Shown: in pieces, positions 55,015 through 63,058 of the stretch | Layout of the letters: each line of letters opens with the position of its first letter | Position numbering within the stretch: the stretch's first letter is position 1 | Assembly: GCA_003176045.1 (NCBI GenBank) | Contig: PSRM01000108.1 | Coordinates: 4,171-68,170 of the forward strand | Source: Verrucomicrobiota bacterium | Lineage (GTDB): Bacteria; Verrucomicrobiota; Verrucomicrobiia; Limisphaerales; UBA8199 | Direction of reading: 5' to 3' | Length of the DNA stretch: 64,000 nucleotides | The notes under the pieces: generated by a model | The model's input: the letters and a program-made list of their open reading frames with translations, nothing else | Database searches by the model: none | What the model was told of the DNA's origin: nothing | Position numbers and translations under genes: made by a program

Positions 55015-55553
55015 CAGCCCAGTAGGGCGACAGATAATAGCCCAGCGTTTCAACGCTGGGGACGACCTCGCCCGAAGTCAGGCAAGTCCCGTCAGGGACG
55101 ACATATCTCTGCCGTCCCTGACGGGACTTGTCGCACTCGAAGCCCCGTACCCACCGATGAATCGGTGGGCTATTCTCTGTCGCCCTGGCGGGCTAAATCG
55201 AAAATGCGTGTAAGGTGCAGAGTCCTCTGGCGCTTTGGGTCGTCTGGGGGGCAGGCAGGAACTTTCGGAACGGGAGGTGATGCGCACGGTTAAGGGCAAA
55301 AAGCCAAAGCGGCAGAGGACAGCCGCACTCCAAAAGCTTCGCCAGTGCGGGCGGCAACGAAAACGCGGAGCGTCTTGGAGTGCGCCAGTCCTCTTGACAT
55401 GTCGCCGCACTCCAAAGCGGCTTGCGTTCCGCCACGAATGAGAACGTGTGAAGAAATCCCAAACCAATGTAGCAGCCGAGGTAACGAGGCTCTGAAATCC
55501 TTGCGGACAAGCAGGTTAAAGAAAATTAGAGCCTCGTTACCTCGGCTGCTACA
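55015..55553. repeat. Cluster of three dispersed repeat families (B 55015-55195, A ~55300-55430, hairpin C 55469-55553)
   Basis: Words shared with 25186-25375 and 32870-32970 (B), 49270-49365 (A) and 32983-33067 (C). Confidence 0.8.
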
Positions 55554-55659
55554 ATTCTCTCACACCTTCTGACCCATTACCTCACCGACCAATTTGTGCG
55601 TGGAATGTCGCACTGGCTGTGTTACTCTTGGTTCCGGTTCAATTAAGGGCACCGCCAGT

Positions 55660-56238
55660 ATGCCTATGGAAACCACGATCGGACAAACGGTCCTCCGTCT
55701 CGTCACCGGCGATATTGCGGAGCAGGATACGGACGCGGTCGTCACGGCGGCTCATTGGCGGCTGAACAAAGGCGCCGGAACCGATGGTACTATTCATACC
55801 AAAGGTGGTCCTCAAATCTACGAGGAGTGCCGCCGCATTGGCTCCTGTCCAATCGGAGGCGCTGTGATAACGACTGGCGGAAACCTCAAGGCCCGGTTTG
55901 TCATCCATGCCGTGGGGCCGGTTTGGCGCGGCGGTGACGAAGAAGAACCCGAATTGCTCGCAAGCGCCTATCGAAGGAGCCTGGAGGTCGCGGTGGAAAA
56001 CAACTTGCGCAGCATTTCGATCCCGTCCATTTCAACGGGTGCGTTTGGCTATCCGTTGAAACTGGCCGCGCCGATTGCATTGCAGACCATAGTTGATTTC
56101 TTACGAACAGCTCACCACGGCCTAAGCGAAGTGAGGATGGTTCTCTATCAGCGGGAGGACGACAGGGCTTATCCGCTTTTCAAGGCGGCGTTGGAACAAA
56201 TACTGGCCGAGAAACCAAGTAACACGGATGAGAGTTGA
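55660..56238 (+). CDS. Macro domain protein (YmdB/MacroD-like ADP-ribose-binding/hydrolase fold)
   Basis: ATG 55660. LVTGDIAEQDTDAVVTAAHWRLNKGAGTDGTIH, VIHAVGPVWRGG and IPSISTGAFGYP align closely with the E. coli YmdB pattern as I recall it. Confidence 0.85.
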   Translation: MPMETTIGQTVLRLVTGDIAEQDTDAVVTAAHWRLNKGAGTDGTIHTKGGPQIYEECRRIGSCPIGGAVITTGGNLKARFVIHAVGPVWRGGDEEEPELLASAYRRSLEVAVENNLRSISIPSISTGAFGYPLKLAAPIALQTIVDFLRTAHHGLSEVRMVLYQREDDRAYPLFKAALEQILAEKPSNTDES

Positions 56239-56296
56239 GAGTTCAGCTTGCAAACGAGAACCAGTGGGTGGACGTGGCTCAGCTTCGGGTCGCTGG

Positions 56297-56728
56297 ATGC
56301 TCTGGTGCCTCACGTTGTTTCTGAGCTGGCTGGTTGTTGGCATCCCCGGTTGTGCTCGGCCTGGCGGACCTGGTGCTCGGCCACAGGAGTTTGCGGAGTG
56401 GGCTCAAAAGTTCAAAGACAAAGCAGGCCGCGATAGACGTGCAGAGGGTGAGAAGATTCAGAGTCTTCTGCCGCACTGTCCGAAGACTTGGGAGAAGGAC
56501 ATAGGCACAGGCATATTGATGGCCTTTGACTATACACAGCCGTCATACAAGCTTACCAAACCAGAATTGTTTCGCGTGTTGGGTCAGCCCGATGGTTCCT
56601 ACAACGACAGCGTTTACTTCCTGCTCGATCACGACACCAACAATATGCTTTGGGAGATCTCAGTTGATTTTCATGATGATTACGTGGTTAGCTCGATCAT
56701 CTTTGGGGTTCCTCAAAAGGACAGATGA
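56297..56728 (+). CDS. Putative lipoprotein
   Basis: ATG 56297. MLWCLTLFLSWLVVGIPGC lipobox. LTKPELFRVLGQPD resembles the SmpA/OmlA-like motif. Confidence 0.55.
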   Translation: MLWCLTLFLSWLVVGIPGCARPGGPGARPQEFAEWAQKFKDKAGRDRRAEGEKIQSLLPHCPKTWEKDIGTGILMAFDYTQPSYKLTKPELFRVLGQPDGSYNDSVYFLLDHDTNNMLWEISVDFHDDYVVSSIIFGVPQKDR

Positions 56729-56847
56729 TCTTACCATCCCGTCTGACACCGCGCTGGAGTCGACGGCCACTGCGCCATTAAATTCGGGTTGCGCCTTGAG
56801 ATTTGAGGGACCAAATTGCAAACGAGAGTTCTACCCGTAGGCGGCAA

Positions 56848-57303
56848 ATGCGCTCATTGCGATTCATACTGGTTGCAGTTGTGGTAATGGCTTTTATTCT
56901 CGGGCTTTGCTGGCTCCTGCCGATAATGTTTGAGTCTCACTACATTCGACTGCAGCACAAAAGCCCCAAATATTATTCGAATCTTGCCGCGGCATGCGAT
57001 TCTATTCTGGCCAAGCATCCCTCAGGCACAAACAAGGTGAGTTGGATTCCTGTCACGGACCCATCACTGCCGAAGGCTGTCAGAGACTTGCATCCTCTCA
57101 AACTTCAGGTTAATCCTCAGCGAGTCTGGATGCTTTTGGACAGCGACAGCCGTGCTGGAATCGGTTTGGAGTGGCAGCCCAAATGGGACGACACGAATGT
57201 CTGGAAGCTGGATATTCTTGGGGAGAGTCTGGAAACAGTACTCTATTCGGTCAGGCGGAGTACGCCTGGTAACACAGTGCTGGAGGCGACCGGAACAAAG
57301 TAG
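56848..57303 (+). CDS. Hypothetical N-terminally anchored protein
   Basis: ATG 56848. MRSLRFILVAVVVMAFILGLCWLL. Confidence 0.5.
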   Translation: MRSLRFILVAVVVMAFILGLCWLLPIMFESHYIRLQHKSPKYYSNLAAACDSILAKHPSGTNKVSWIPVTDPSLPKAVRDLHPLKLQVNPQRVWMLLDSDSRAGIGLEWQPKWDDTNVWKLDILGESLETVLYSVRRSTPGNTVLEATGTK

Positions 57304-57406
57304 AAACGACACCATGAAATGAACCCCTTATGCAGGAATACGGGGTGCGCTTTCTCTTCGATTTGGAGGCCGGTGGTGCCGCGTCGCTAACAATCGAGGT
57401 TCGACA

Positions 57407-57847
57407 ATGAAAACCGCCATCCTATCACTTTGTGCCTTCACGGTGCTGCAAGCATGCGCGCATGCTGGGATTGAGACCGATATGCCATCAACAAATCGGG
57501 TAATTCTGAAATCGGGAGATTGGAAGCCTTCCGAGACTGAAACGCAAAAGGCTCTTGCGGCCGTCGGAACCTTCCTCGTTGAGCCAAACTTAAAGCACCA
57601 GAACGAGATCGCGAAGATACTCGGGAATCTAAAGAATTACCGGGTCCAGTTCGTCGGCGTCACCAGGGGAGGGAGGAAGTTCATCTGGTGCAACTTCTTT
57701 CCCGCCCGAGGCAACGGTGAGGACGACTTTCCGTACTGGAAGCGCCAGAAGGTCGAAGTAATGGACGGTGGTTTCTGGTTCTGGCACATTGATTTTGATC
57801 CAAACACCGGGAAGTGCATGAATTTTGCCTCCAATGGTTACGCATAA
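57407..57847 (+). CDS. Hypothetical exported protein
   Basis: Signal peptide MKTAILSLCAFTVLQACAHA. Confidence 0.55.
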   Translation: MKTAILSLCAFTVLQACAHAGIETDMPSTNRVILKSGDWKPSETETQKALAAVGTFLVEPNLKHQNEIAKILGNLKNYRVQFVGVTRGGRKFIWCNFFPARGNGEDDFPYWKRQKVEVMDGGFWFWHIDFDPNTGKCMNFASNGYA

Positions 57848-57861
57848 CTTCTGAACGGCTT

Positions 57862-58179
57862 ATGAAATTCCCTGTTTCGCTCGCTTGCGCCCTTTCCGCG
57901 ATTCTTTTGGCCGGCTGTGCGGGACGCAAACAGTTTCACCACCAAGAGTCCCTCCGTCGTGATGCGAACTGGCCGAAAATCCGAGCCGCAGCCGAACTGG
58001 AGGTCGCGCGCCGTGAGGGAAACACCCGCTGGTCGCATGCCGCATACTTCGCCCCGCACGAGCACACGAACGAAGTTTGGTATGTTGTAGCCTCAGCCGC
58101 TTATCCAACATACGGCGACAGGATCGATATTCTCGCTGGAGACACCGGCGAGATCTTGTCCTACTCCCCCCCGCTATGA
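57862..58179 (+). CDS. Putative small lipoprotein
   Basis: ATG 57862. MKFPVSLACALSAILLAGC lipobox. Confidence 0.55.
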   Translation: MKFPVSLACALSAILLAGCAGRKQFHHQESLRRDANWPKIRAAAELEVARREGNTRWSHAAYFAPHEHTNEVWYVVASAAYPTYGDRIDILAGDTGEILSYSPPL

Positions 58180-58200
58180 TTCTCATCCTAGATAGAACAT

Positions 58201-58794
58201 ATGTTACGACTTGTTCTCAAGTTGTTAGTGATGTTCTCCCTGGCAGCTATCAACGTCGGATGCGCTAGTCATGATCCGGTTTTACGCATCGGCGGCCAAA
58301 TCTATAAGATTGACCCGCAGGAGACCAGGGCGAGTGATCCGGCCCTGCAGCTAACCAATCAAATCAAGGCGGAGCAGCCAAGACCAGGCCTTGCCCCAAA
58401 TTATACAAGGGCTGACTTGACCAACAATTCGGTCCCTATACTCACAGAAAGAGGTCCTGTTCTCGATGCCCCGTTGTTCAAGACCTACGACAAGAAGCTC
58501 GTTGATGCCATTCTGCTCCACTGGTACAATCTTCTGGACGAGGACCCAAGGAGTTGGCAAAGGCGGTCAGGCGAAGTGGTCGTTGAGTTCCGTCTGCACG
58601 CGAATGGAGAAGTGTCCGATCTCGGAGTTACTCACAACACTTCGGATGCACTTATTGACGAGGCTGAAAACGCAGCCCTTACTTGTCTGAAAGCCGTCCA
58701 AGAGTCCGCCCCTTTCGCGCCTTTACCGCCGGAAATGCGGGTGCTCGTCGGAAACGTCCGCAGGATCCAAATTACTTTTAAGTATGAGCCCTAA
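58201..58794 (+). CDS. Lipoprotein with TonB-C-terminal-like domain
   Basis: MLRLVLKLLVMFSLAAINVGC lipobox. C-terminus GEVVVEFRLHANGEVSDLGV..SDALIDEAENAALTCLKAVQESAPFAPLP. Confidence 0.6.
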   Translation: MLRLVLKLLVMFSLAAINVGCASHDPVLRIGGQIYKIDPQETRASDPALQLTNQIKAEQPRPGLAPNYTRADLTNNSVPILTERGPVLDAPLFKTYDKKLVDAILLHWYNLLDEDPRSWQRRSGEVVVEFRLHANGEVSDLGVTHNTSDALIDEAENAALTCLKAVQESAPFAPLPPEMRVLVGNVRRIQITFKYEP

Positions 58795-58795
58795 A

Positions 58796-59212
58796 ATGGT
58801 CGCTAACACGATGCCTCCGCCTCGGGTGCGAGCCAGCCGTTCTGCCTGTAGCGCGTTTGTTGCTCAACATACGGTTACTGTCCTTCTCGCGATTGCTTCA
58901 TGCGTTCGCGTGGGAGCGGAGGAGCGGAAATTCGTCGAGCAATTCAAAATAAGGGCCACGGTGCAGGATGTGACAAAATTGCGAGAATTCACGGGCTCGG
59001 TTATCCAAACGCACTTCGATCCGCGCTATGTTATCACTCTACGCATCGCTTCGGTCACACCTCCGCTGTTTAGTCTTACGAATGAGCTTCGCCATTCACA
59101 GCCCGGCGCTGCTATTCAGGGGAGAGACGCCGCAGGGAAAGACCTTGGATTTCGTAGTGTCGCGAGAGTCGCAGGCAGGAAGAGTACGTTTTTTCGGGTT
59201 GCAAGTAGATAG
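58796..59212 (+). CDS. Putative lipoprotein N-terminal part (possibly one frameshifted gene with 59082..59918)
   Basis: VTVLLAIASC lipobox. The sequence becomes Arg/Gly-rich and non-protein-like after ~59085, where a second frame opens. Confidence 0.35.
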   Translation: MVANTMPPPRVRASRSACSAFVAQHTVTVLLAIASCVRVGAEERKFVEQFKIRATVQDVTKLREFTGSVIQTHFDPRYVITLRIASVTPPLFSLTNELRHSQPGAAIQGRDAAGKDLGFRSVARVAGRKSTFFRVASR

Positions 59213-59918
59213 CCAGGACGTCCAGCCAGGCGGTGCAGCAAACGGGAGCCTTCCAGTTCGCAATGGGATGTTTCAAGACGCCGCGAAGCTCAGGCAAGAT
59301 TGGAAACTGCGCGTCATGCAGGCGATCCAAGATGCGAAAAAGGCAGGATTAATTTCACCCAAAGGCGGTTTTTATCACAAAGAGGTAGTGATTTTGGACG
59401 CCCTCCTTGATCAAGCACCGGCCAACGTGGCCGAGGATGAGTTCCGAAGAATCTGTGCAAACCCAGTGCGAGATAGGTGGGACTCAGAAGATGAGTTGGA
59501 CAAGAGTTACGACCACGTCCTTATGGTAGCTTTCTTCTATCGCAGTAGCGAACGCAAGGACCGACAGCGCCTCACAACGCTATTGTGTCATCACTGCCCT
59601 CAGTATCTCGGTTATGCCGCTTCTGAATTTTACCTTGTCTCCACGTGGCCGGAATCCATCGAGTGCTTCTTTGATTGCTACACTGCAGCGAAGTCGGCAG
59701 GAGTTCAGAAGAACGTAGTCTCGTGTCTTGGGCGTGCTTTCCCCGCTCTACGTGATCGTTTTCCGGCAGACCGCGAATTCGTGCAGGAAGCACGAAACTG
59801 GTATATGTCGAATCGGAGCAACCTCCAGATCAATTATAGGTATGTCCACGTAGCAGCACAGCCCCCACCAGAGCCAGGACTAGATGTGACGAACCTTTTC
59901 CTCTATAAGCCGAAATGA
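59082..59918 (+). CDS. Hypothetical protein (279 aa from ATG 59082)
   Basis: MSFAIHSPALLFRGETPQGKTLDFVV... is a long open frame with plausible composition. No family recognised. Confidence 0.5.
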   Translation: MSFAIHSPALLFRGETPQGKTLDFVVSRESQAGRVRFFGLQVDSQDVQPGGAANGSLPVRNGMFQDAAKLRQDWKLRVMQAIQDAKKAGLISPKGGFYHKEVVILDALLDQAPANVAEDEFRRICANPVRDRWDSEDELDKSYDHVLMVAFFYRSSERKDRQRLTTLLCHHCPQYLGYAASEFYLVSTWPESIECFFDCYTAAKSAGVQKNVVSCLGRAFPALRDRFPADREFVQEARNWYMSNRSNLQINYRYVHVAAQPPPEPGLDVTNLFLYKPK

Positions 59919-59933
59919 CTGTCATCATGGTGT

Positions 59934-60419
59934 ATGCGTATTACGGGTCCAAGTAACCCATTCCAGTCGCCGTTCAGGTTGAAAGTTTTGTTGGCTGTAG
60001 CCATATCCATGCTGCTTTTTCCAACCGCGGCCTTTGCCAAACGCGCTGCTCCCCATCCTGTTCCTCCTGTCATCTGGCACGGAATTGAGTACCGCGCTCC
60101 TCTGGATCACATGGGCCACGTTCAAGCTTTTGACCAGGCATCAGGCCGCCTGCTCTGGGACAGTACAGTTTACCACGTACTTATAGTTCCCTGGTGTGAG
60201 GAGGATGTTCAGTGGGTCTTTGTCTCATCCATGCAAATTCAGGATGGAAAGCTGTTGGTACGAAACGAAAAAGGGGAGAGTTTCGAGCTGGATCTGAAAA
60301 CCGGTCGGGTGGCAGGGCAAATTCCCTGGTTCGCTTTGGCGATCGGCGCTCTCGTGGCTGTGGTGGCTTTTATTGTTTGGATTCGCAAGGGGCAGCGAAT
60401 TGAAACTCCTTCGGCTTGA
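59934..60419 (+). CDS. Hypothetical exported protein with C-terminal TM anchor
   Basis: Signal LKVLLAVAISMLLFPTAAFA. TM segment IPWFALAIGALVAVVAFIVWI. Confidence 0.55.
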   Translation: MRITGPSNPFQSPFRLKVLLAVAISMLLFPTAAFAKRAAPHPVPPVIWHGIEYRAPLDHMGHVQAFDQASGRLLWDSTVYHVLIVPWCEEDVQWVFVSSMQIQDGKLLVRNEKGESFELDLKTGRVAGQIPWFALAIGALVAVVAFIVWIRKGQRIETPSA

Positions 60420-60526
60420 TTTGACTGATCCGGTTCCCGGAGCGTCTCATTCTTTATCGAATCTACCGAACGAACTGCCCGCCTCGGACGTATAACTATT
60501 GTGCGCGTGTTTTTTTGTGAGCGGGC

Positions 60527-61192
60527 ATGATGGGCAAGCTTAAAGAATCGCTCGCTGCGCTCTTTGCTGTTTCTGACGAGCAGGCGATGCGGCGGGTGCA
60601 GATGCACGACGACGAGCGGGCGTTTGCGCACCTGGTTAAAAAATGGCAAGGCCCGGTACGGCGCTTGTGCATTCGAATGTTGGGGGATGAACATCGGGGC
60701 GAAGATTTGGCCCAGGAGAGCTTTGCCCGCGTGTTTGCCCAGCGCAAGCATTACCGCCCGGATGGAAAGTTTGGGACCTGGCTTTGGCGGATTGCGTTGA
60801 ACCTCTGCTACGACGAGCTGCGTCGGCGGCAGCGGTGGAAGCAGGTGTCTTTGGACTCCACCGACAGCGAGACGCTCGGCCTGCTGGAAAGCTTCGCCGA
60901 GCCGCAGATCGCGCCGGACCAGGCCCTGGTGAACCAGGAGCGCGCGGAATTGGTGCGCCGCGCCCTTTTAAGTTTGCCGGAGATTTACCGGGCGGTGTTG
61001 GTGCTGCGGCACTATGAGAATTTGAAATTTCGCGAGATCGCCGCCGTGCTCGGTCTGCCCGAAGGCACCGTTAAGTCCAGGATGGCTGAGGCGCTGACGC
61101 AAATGAGCCAACTGCTCAAGCCAAAGGTGGCGGCGGAGCCGCCGGGGCCACAAAAGAATTCCAATCGAATGAAAGAGAGTCTGATCGTATGA
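60527..61192 (+). CDS. ECF sigma factor (RpoE-like)
   Basis: Region 2 (EDLAQESFARVFAQRKHY, FGTWLWRIALNLCYDELRRR) and region 4 (LPEIYRAVLVLRHYENLKFREIAAVLGLPEGTVKSRM). Confidence 0.88.
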   Translation: MMGKLKESLAALFAVSDEQAMRRVQMHDDERAFAHLVKKWQGPVRRLCIRMLGDEHRGEDLAQESFARVFAQRKHYRPDGKFGTWLWRIALNLCYDELRRRQRWKQVSLDSTDSETLGLLESFAEPQIAPDQALVNQERAELVRRALLSLPEIYRAVLVLRHYENLKFREIAAVLGLPEGTVKSRMAEALTQMSQLLKPKVAAEPPGPQKNSNRMKESLIV

Positions 61193-61827
61193 ATCATCCA
61201 ACCTCAGAGCAATTGATATCGTATTTTTACGATGAAGCCGGGCCCACAGAACGGGCCGAACTGAAAACGCACCTCCAAACATGCCAGCAGTGCGCCAGAA
61301 ACCTGAACGCCTGGCGCAGCGCCCGGACGGACTTGAACGCCTGGAAAATGATGCCTAAGCGCGCCGGCAGCGCCGCGCCGTTGCCGGTCCTGAGATGGGC
61401 GCTGGCCGGGGCCGCCATGTTGTTGTGCTTTGGCCTGGGAGGATTTGCTTTCTCATGGAACTCCCGAGCACTCCCCGCGGCCCTCCAGGCCCGATTGCGG
61501 ACGCAGATGCGCGCCGAAGCGCTGCAGGTCGCTCAAGCCGAGACGGAGCGGGCAAGGGACTCGATGGCCGCAGCCTGCGAGAAGCGCACGCGTGAGTTTG
61601 TGATGGCGTTCGCAAAGGAATCATACGCGCAGCAGCGAAAGGAAATCCGGGCTCTTTATGCGGCCCTGGACAAGATTGACTCGCAGAGGGCGGCCGATTA
61701 CGTGGCTCTGAAAAAGGAGCTCGACACGCTGGCCGTCAACGCAGATGCGGAATTGCGATCAGCCGAGAACGGCCTGATCGAACTGGCGACTTTTACCCAA
61801 ACCCCTGCTGTTTCACCGCAGGAATAA
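61189..61827 (+). CDS. Anti-sigma factor (zf-HC2 type, single TM)
   Basis: ATGA overlap with the sigma gene. HLQTCQQCARNLNAW motif. TM segment WALAGAAMLLCFGLGGFAF. Confidence 0.75.
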   Translation: MNHPTSEQLISYFYDEAGPTERAELKTHLQTCQQCARNLNAWRSARTDLNAWKMMPKRAGSAAPLPVLRWALAGAAMLLCFGLGGFAFSWNSRALPAALQARLRTQMRAEALQVAQAETERARDSMAAACEKRTREFVMAFAKESYAQQRKEIRALYAALDKIDSQRAADYVALKKELDTLAVNADAELRSAENGLIELATFTQTPAVSPQE

Positions 61828-61848
61828 ACAATCAATCCATTAACACTT

Positions 61849-62859
61849 ATGAAATCATTGTATTCGTCCATTTTAGCGGGCGCCCTGGTCGCGGCCTCGG
61901 CGCAGTATTCATCGCACGGTCAGGATTCCCCTTCCTCTGGGGCATTGCGATCAGAGCCTTTAGCAAATGAACCTTTGGCCCAACAGCAGAATAATGTCGA
62001 GAAGCTCATTGACGAACTCAAACAGTCAGACTCAAAGGACGCGCAACGCCTCCTGGGCTGGCTCGAGGTCCCGCGCCGCTCGCCATCGGAAGAAAGCGTC
62101 CTGGCCGTCCGCTTCGAATCGATTGATCCCCGTGAGGGCGCGAACCTGGAGGCCGACCTGGCGGTGATGTCGCGCCTGCTGCGCAATGTCCTGAAAGAGA
62201 AGTTTGGAAGCGCGCATAGCTACGGAAAGGTCCTGGGTGTTGACGTTGCCTATGTGCCCGGGGCGCAACCCATACGGACCATGTACCTGGAAGGTTATGG
62301 GGCCTTGTTCCTTTTGAACGTTGGTTTTCCACTTCACGCCGCGCCGGCCGAGCCCGCGGACGCAAAACAAAAACGGAAGACGGATTCCGCCTGGGAGCAG
62401 GCTACCCGGGACTACTATGGCGAACCTTCACCCGACAAACTTTCCAATACCTATGCGCAAGCTTATGACGAACAAAAGGTCAGTGCCCTGAAAGCCGCGT
62501 TGATCGAGGGGCTGAAGAGCGCCTCAAACATCCGCGGCTTAAACGCAAAGGATTCCGTCACCATCTGCGTCTCAGGCAGCGCAAGTATCAGCGCCGTTCC
62601 TGTGCCCCGTTTGCCCGGCCAGAATGCGTTCGAGCCCGGCGCCAGGCCCTCACAGAGCCCCGATGCGATCACGCAACGCAGTTTTCTGACCTTACGCGCG
62701 ACGAAGTCCGATATTGATGGCTTCGCGTCGGGCAAAATAAGTGCCGAGGAATTTTCCCGTACCGTCAAGCTCACGACCTACCTCGGGCCGGCTGGCCGAT
62801 GGTCCGCTCCCGGGGCTCCCTATACCACCATGGCCCCTGGGGCAACGATGGCCCCATGA
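61849..62859 (+). CDS. Hypothetical exported protein downstream of the sigma/anti-sigma pair
   Basis: Signal peptide MKSLYSSILAGALVAASAQ. No family recognised. Confidence 0.55.
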   Translation: MKSLYSSILAGALVAASAQYSSHGQDSPSSGALRSEPLANEPLAQQQNNVEKLIDELKQSDSKDAQRLLGWLEVPRRSPSEESVLAVRFESIDPREGANLEADLAVMSRLLRNVLKEKFGSAHSYGKVLGVDVAYVPGAQPIRTMYLEGYGALFLLNVGFPLHAAPAEPADAKQKRKTDSAWEQATRDYYGEPSPDKLSNTYAQAYDEQKVSALKAALIEGLKSASNIRGLNAKDSVTICVSGSASISAVPVPRLPGQNAFEPGARPSQSPDAITQRSFLTLRATKSDIDGFASGKISAEEFSRTVKLTTYLGPAGRWSAPGAPYTTMAPGATMAP

Positions 62860-62922
62860 GATTGCAGCGGAAATGATCCCATGAATTGTCGCAGCATAGC
62901 ATTGCCGGCGAACACCAAATCG

Positions 62923-63058
62923 GCCGAATCCTGTTCTTTCTTTTCGCTTCGTTCGCCTGCATCATGTTGGTTCGCGTGGACCAGCCAGCGCCCAGGCTTC
63001 GGCCCGGCAAGCGATGGCGTCCGCGCTCCTAGACGATGCCAGAATTTCTTTCGATTGG
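62923..63058 (+). repeat. Right copy of the ~136-bp direct repeat (contains promoter region, ATG and the first 8 codons of the GT2 gene)
   Basis: See 50665..50800. Confidence 0.85.

Larger units (their letters stand above)
50801..62922 (+). other. Putative ~12.1 kb accessory genomic island (no recombinase recognised)
   Basis: Bounded by the direct repeats. Spot GC counts on single 60-nt lines give 42-57% inside versus 65-67% in flanking housekeeping lines. Almost all genes are co-oriented, short and hypothetical. Confidence 0.55.

Noticed and set aside
50801-62922. Calling the island a prophage, integrative element or transposon.
   Set aside because: I could not recognise any integrase, transposase, phage structural or conjugation gene, nor an adjacent tRNA. 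Only the flanking direct repeats and the lower GC content support foreign origin.
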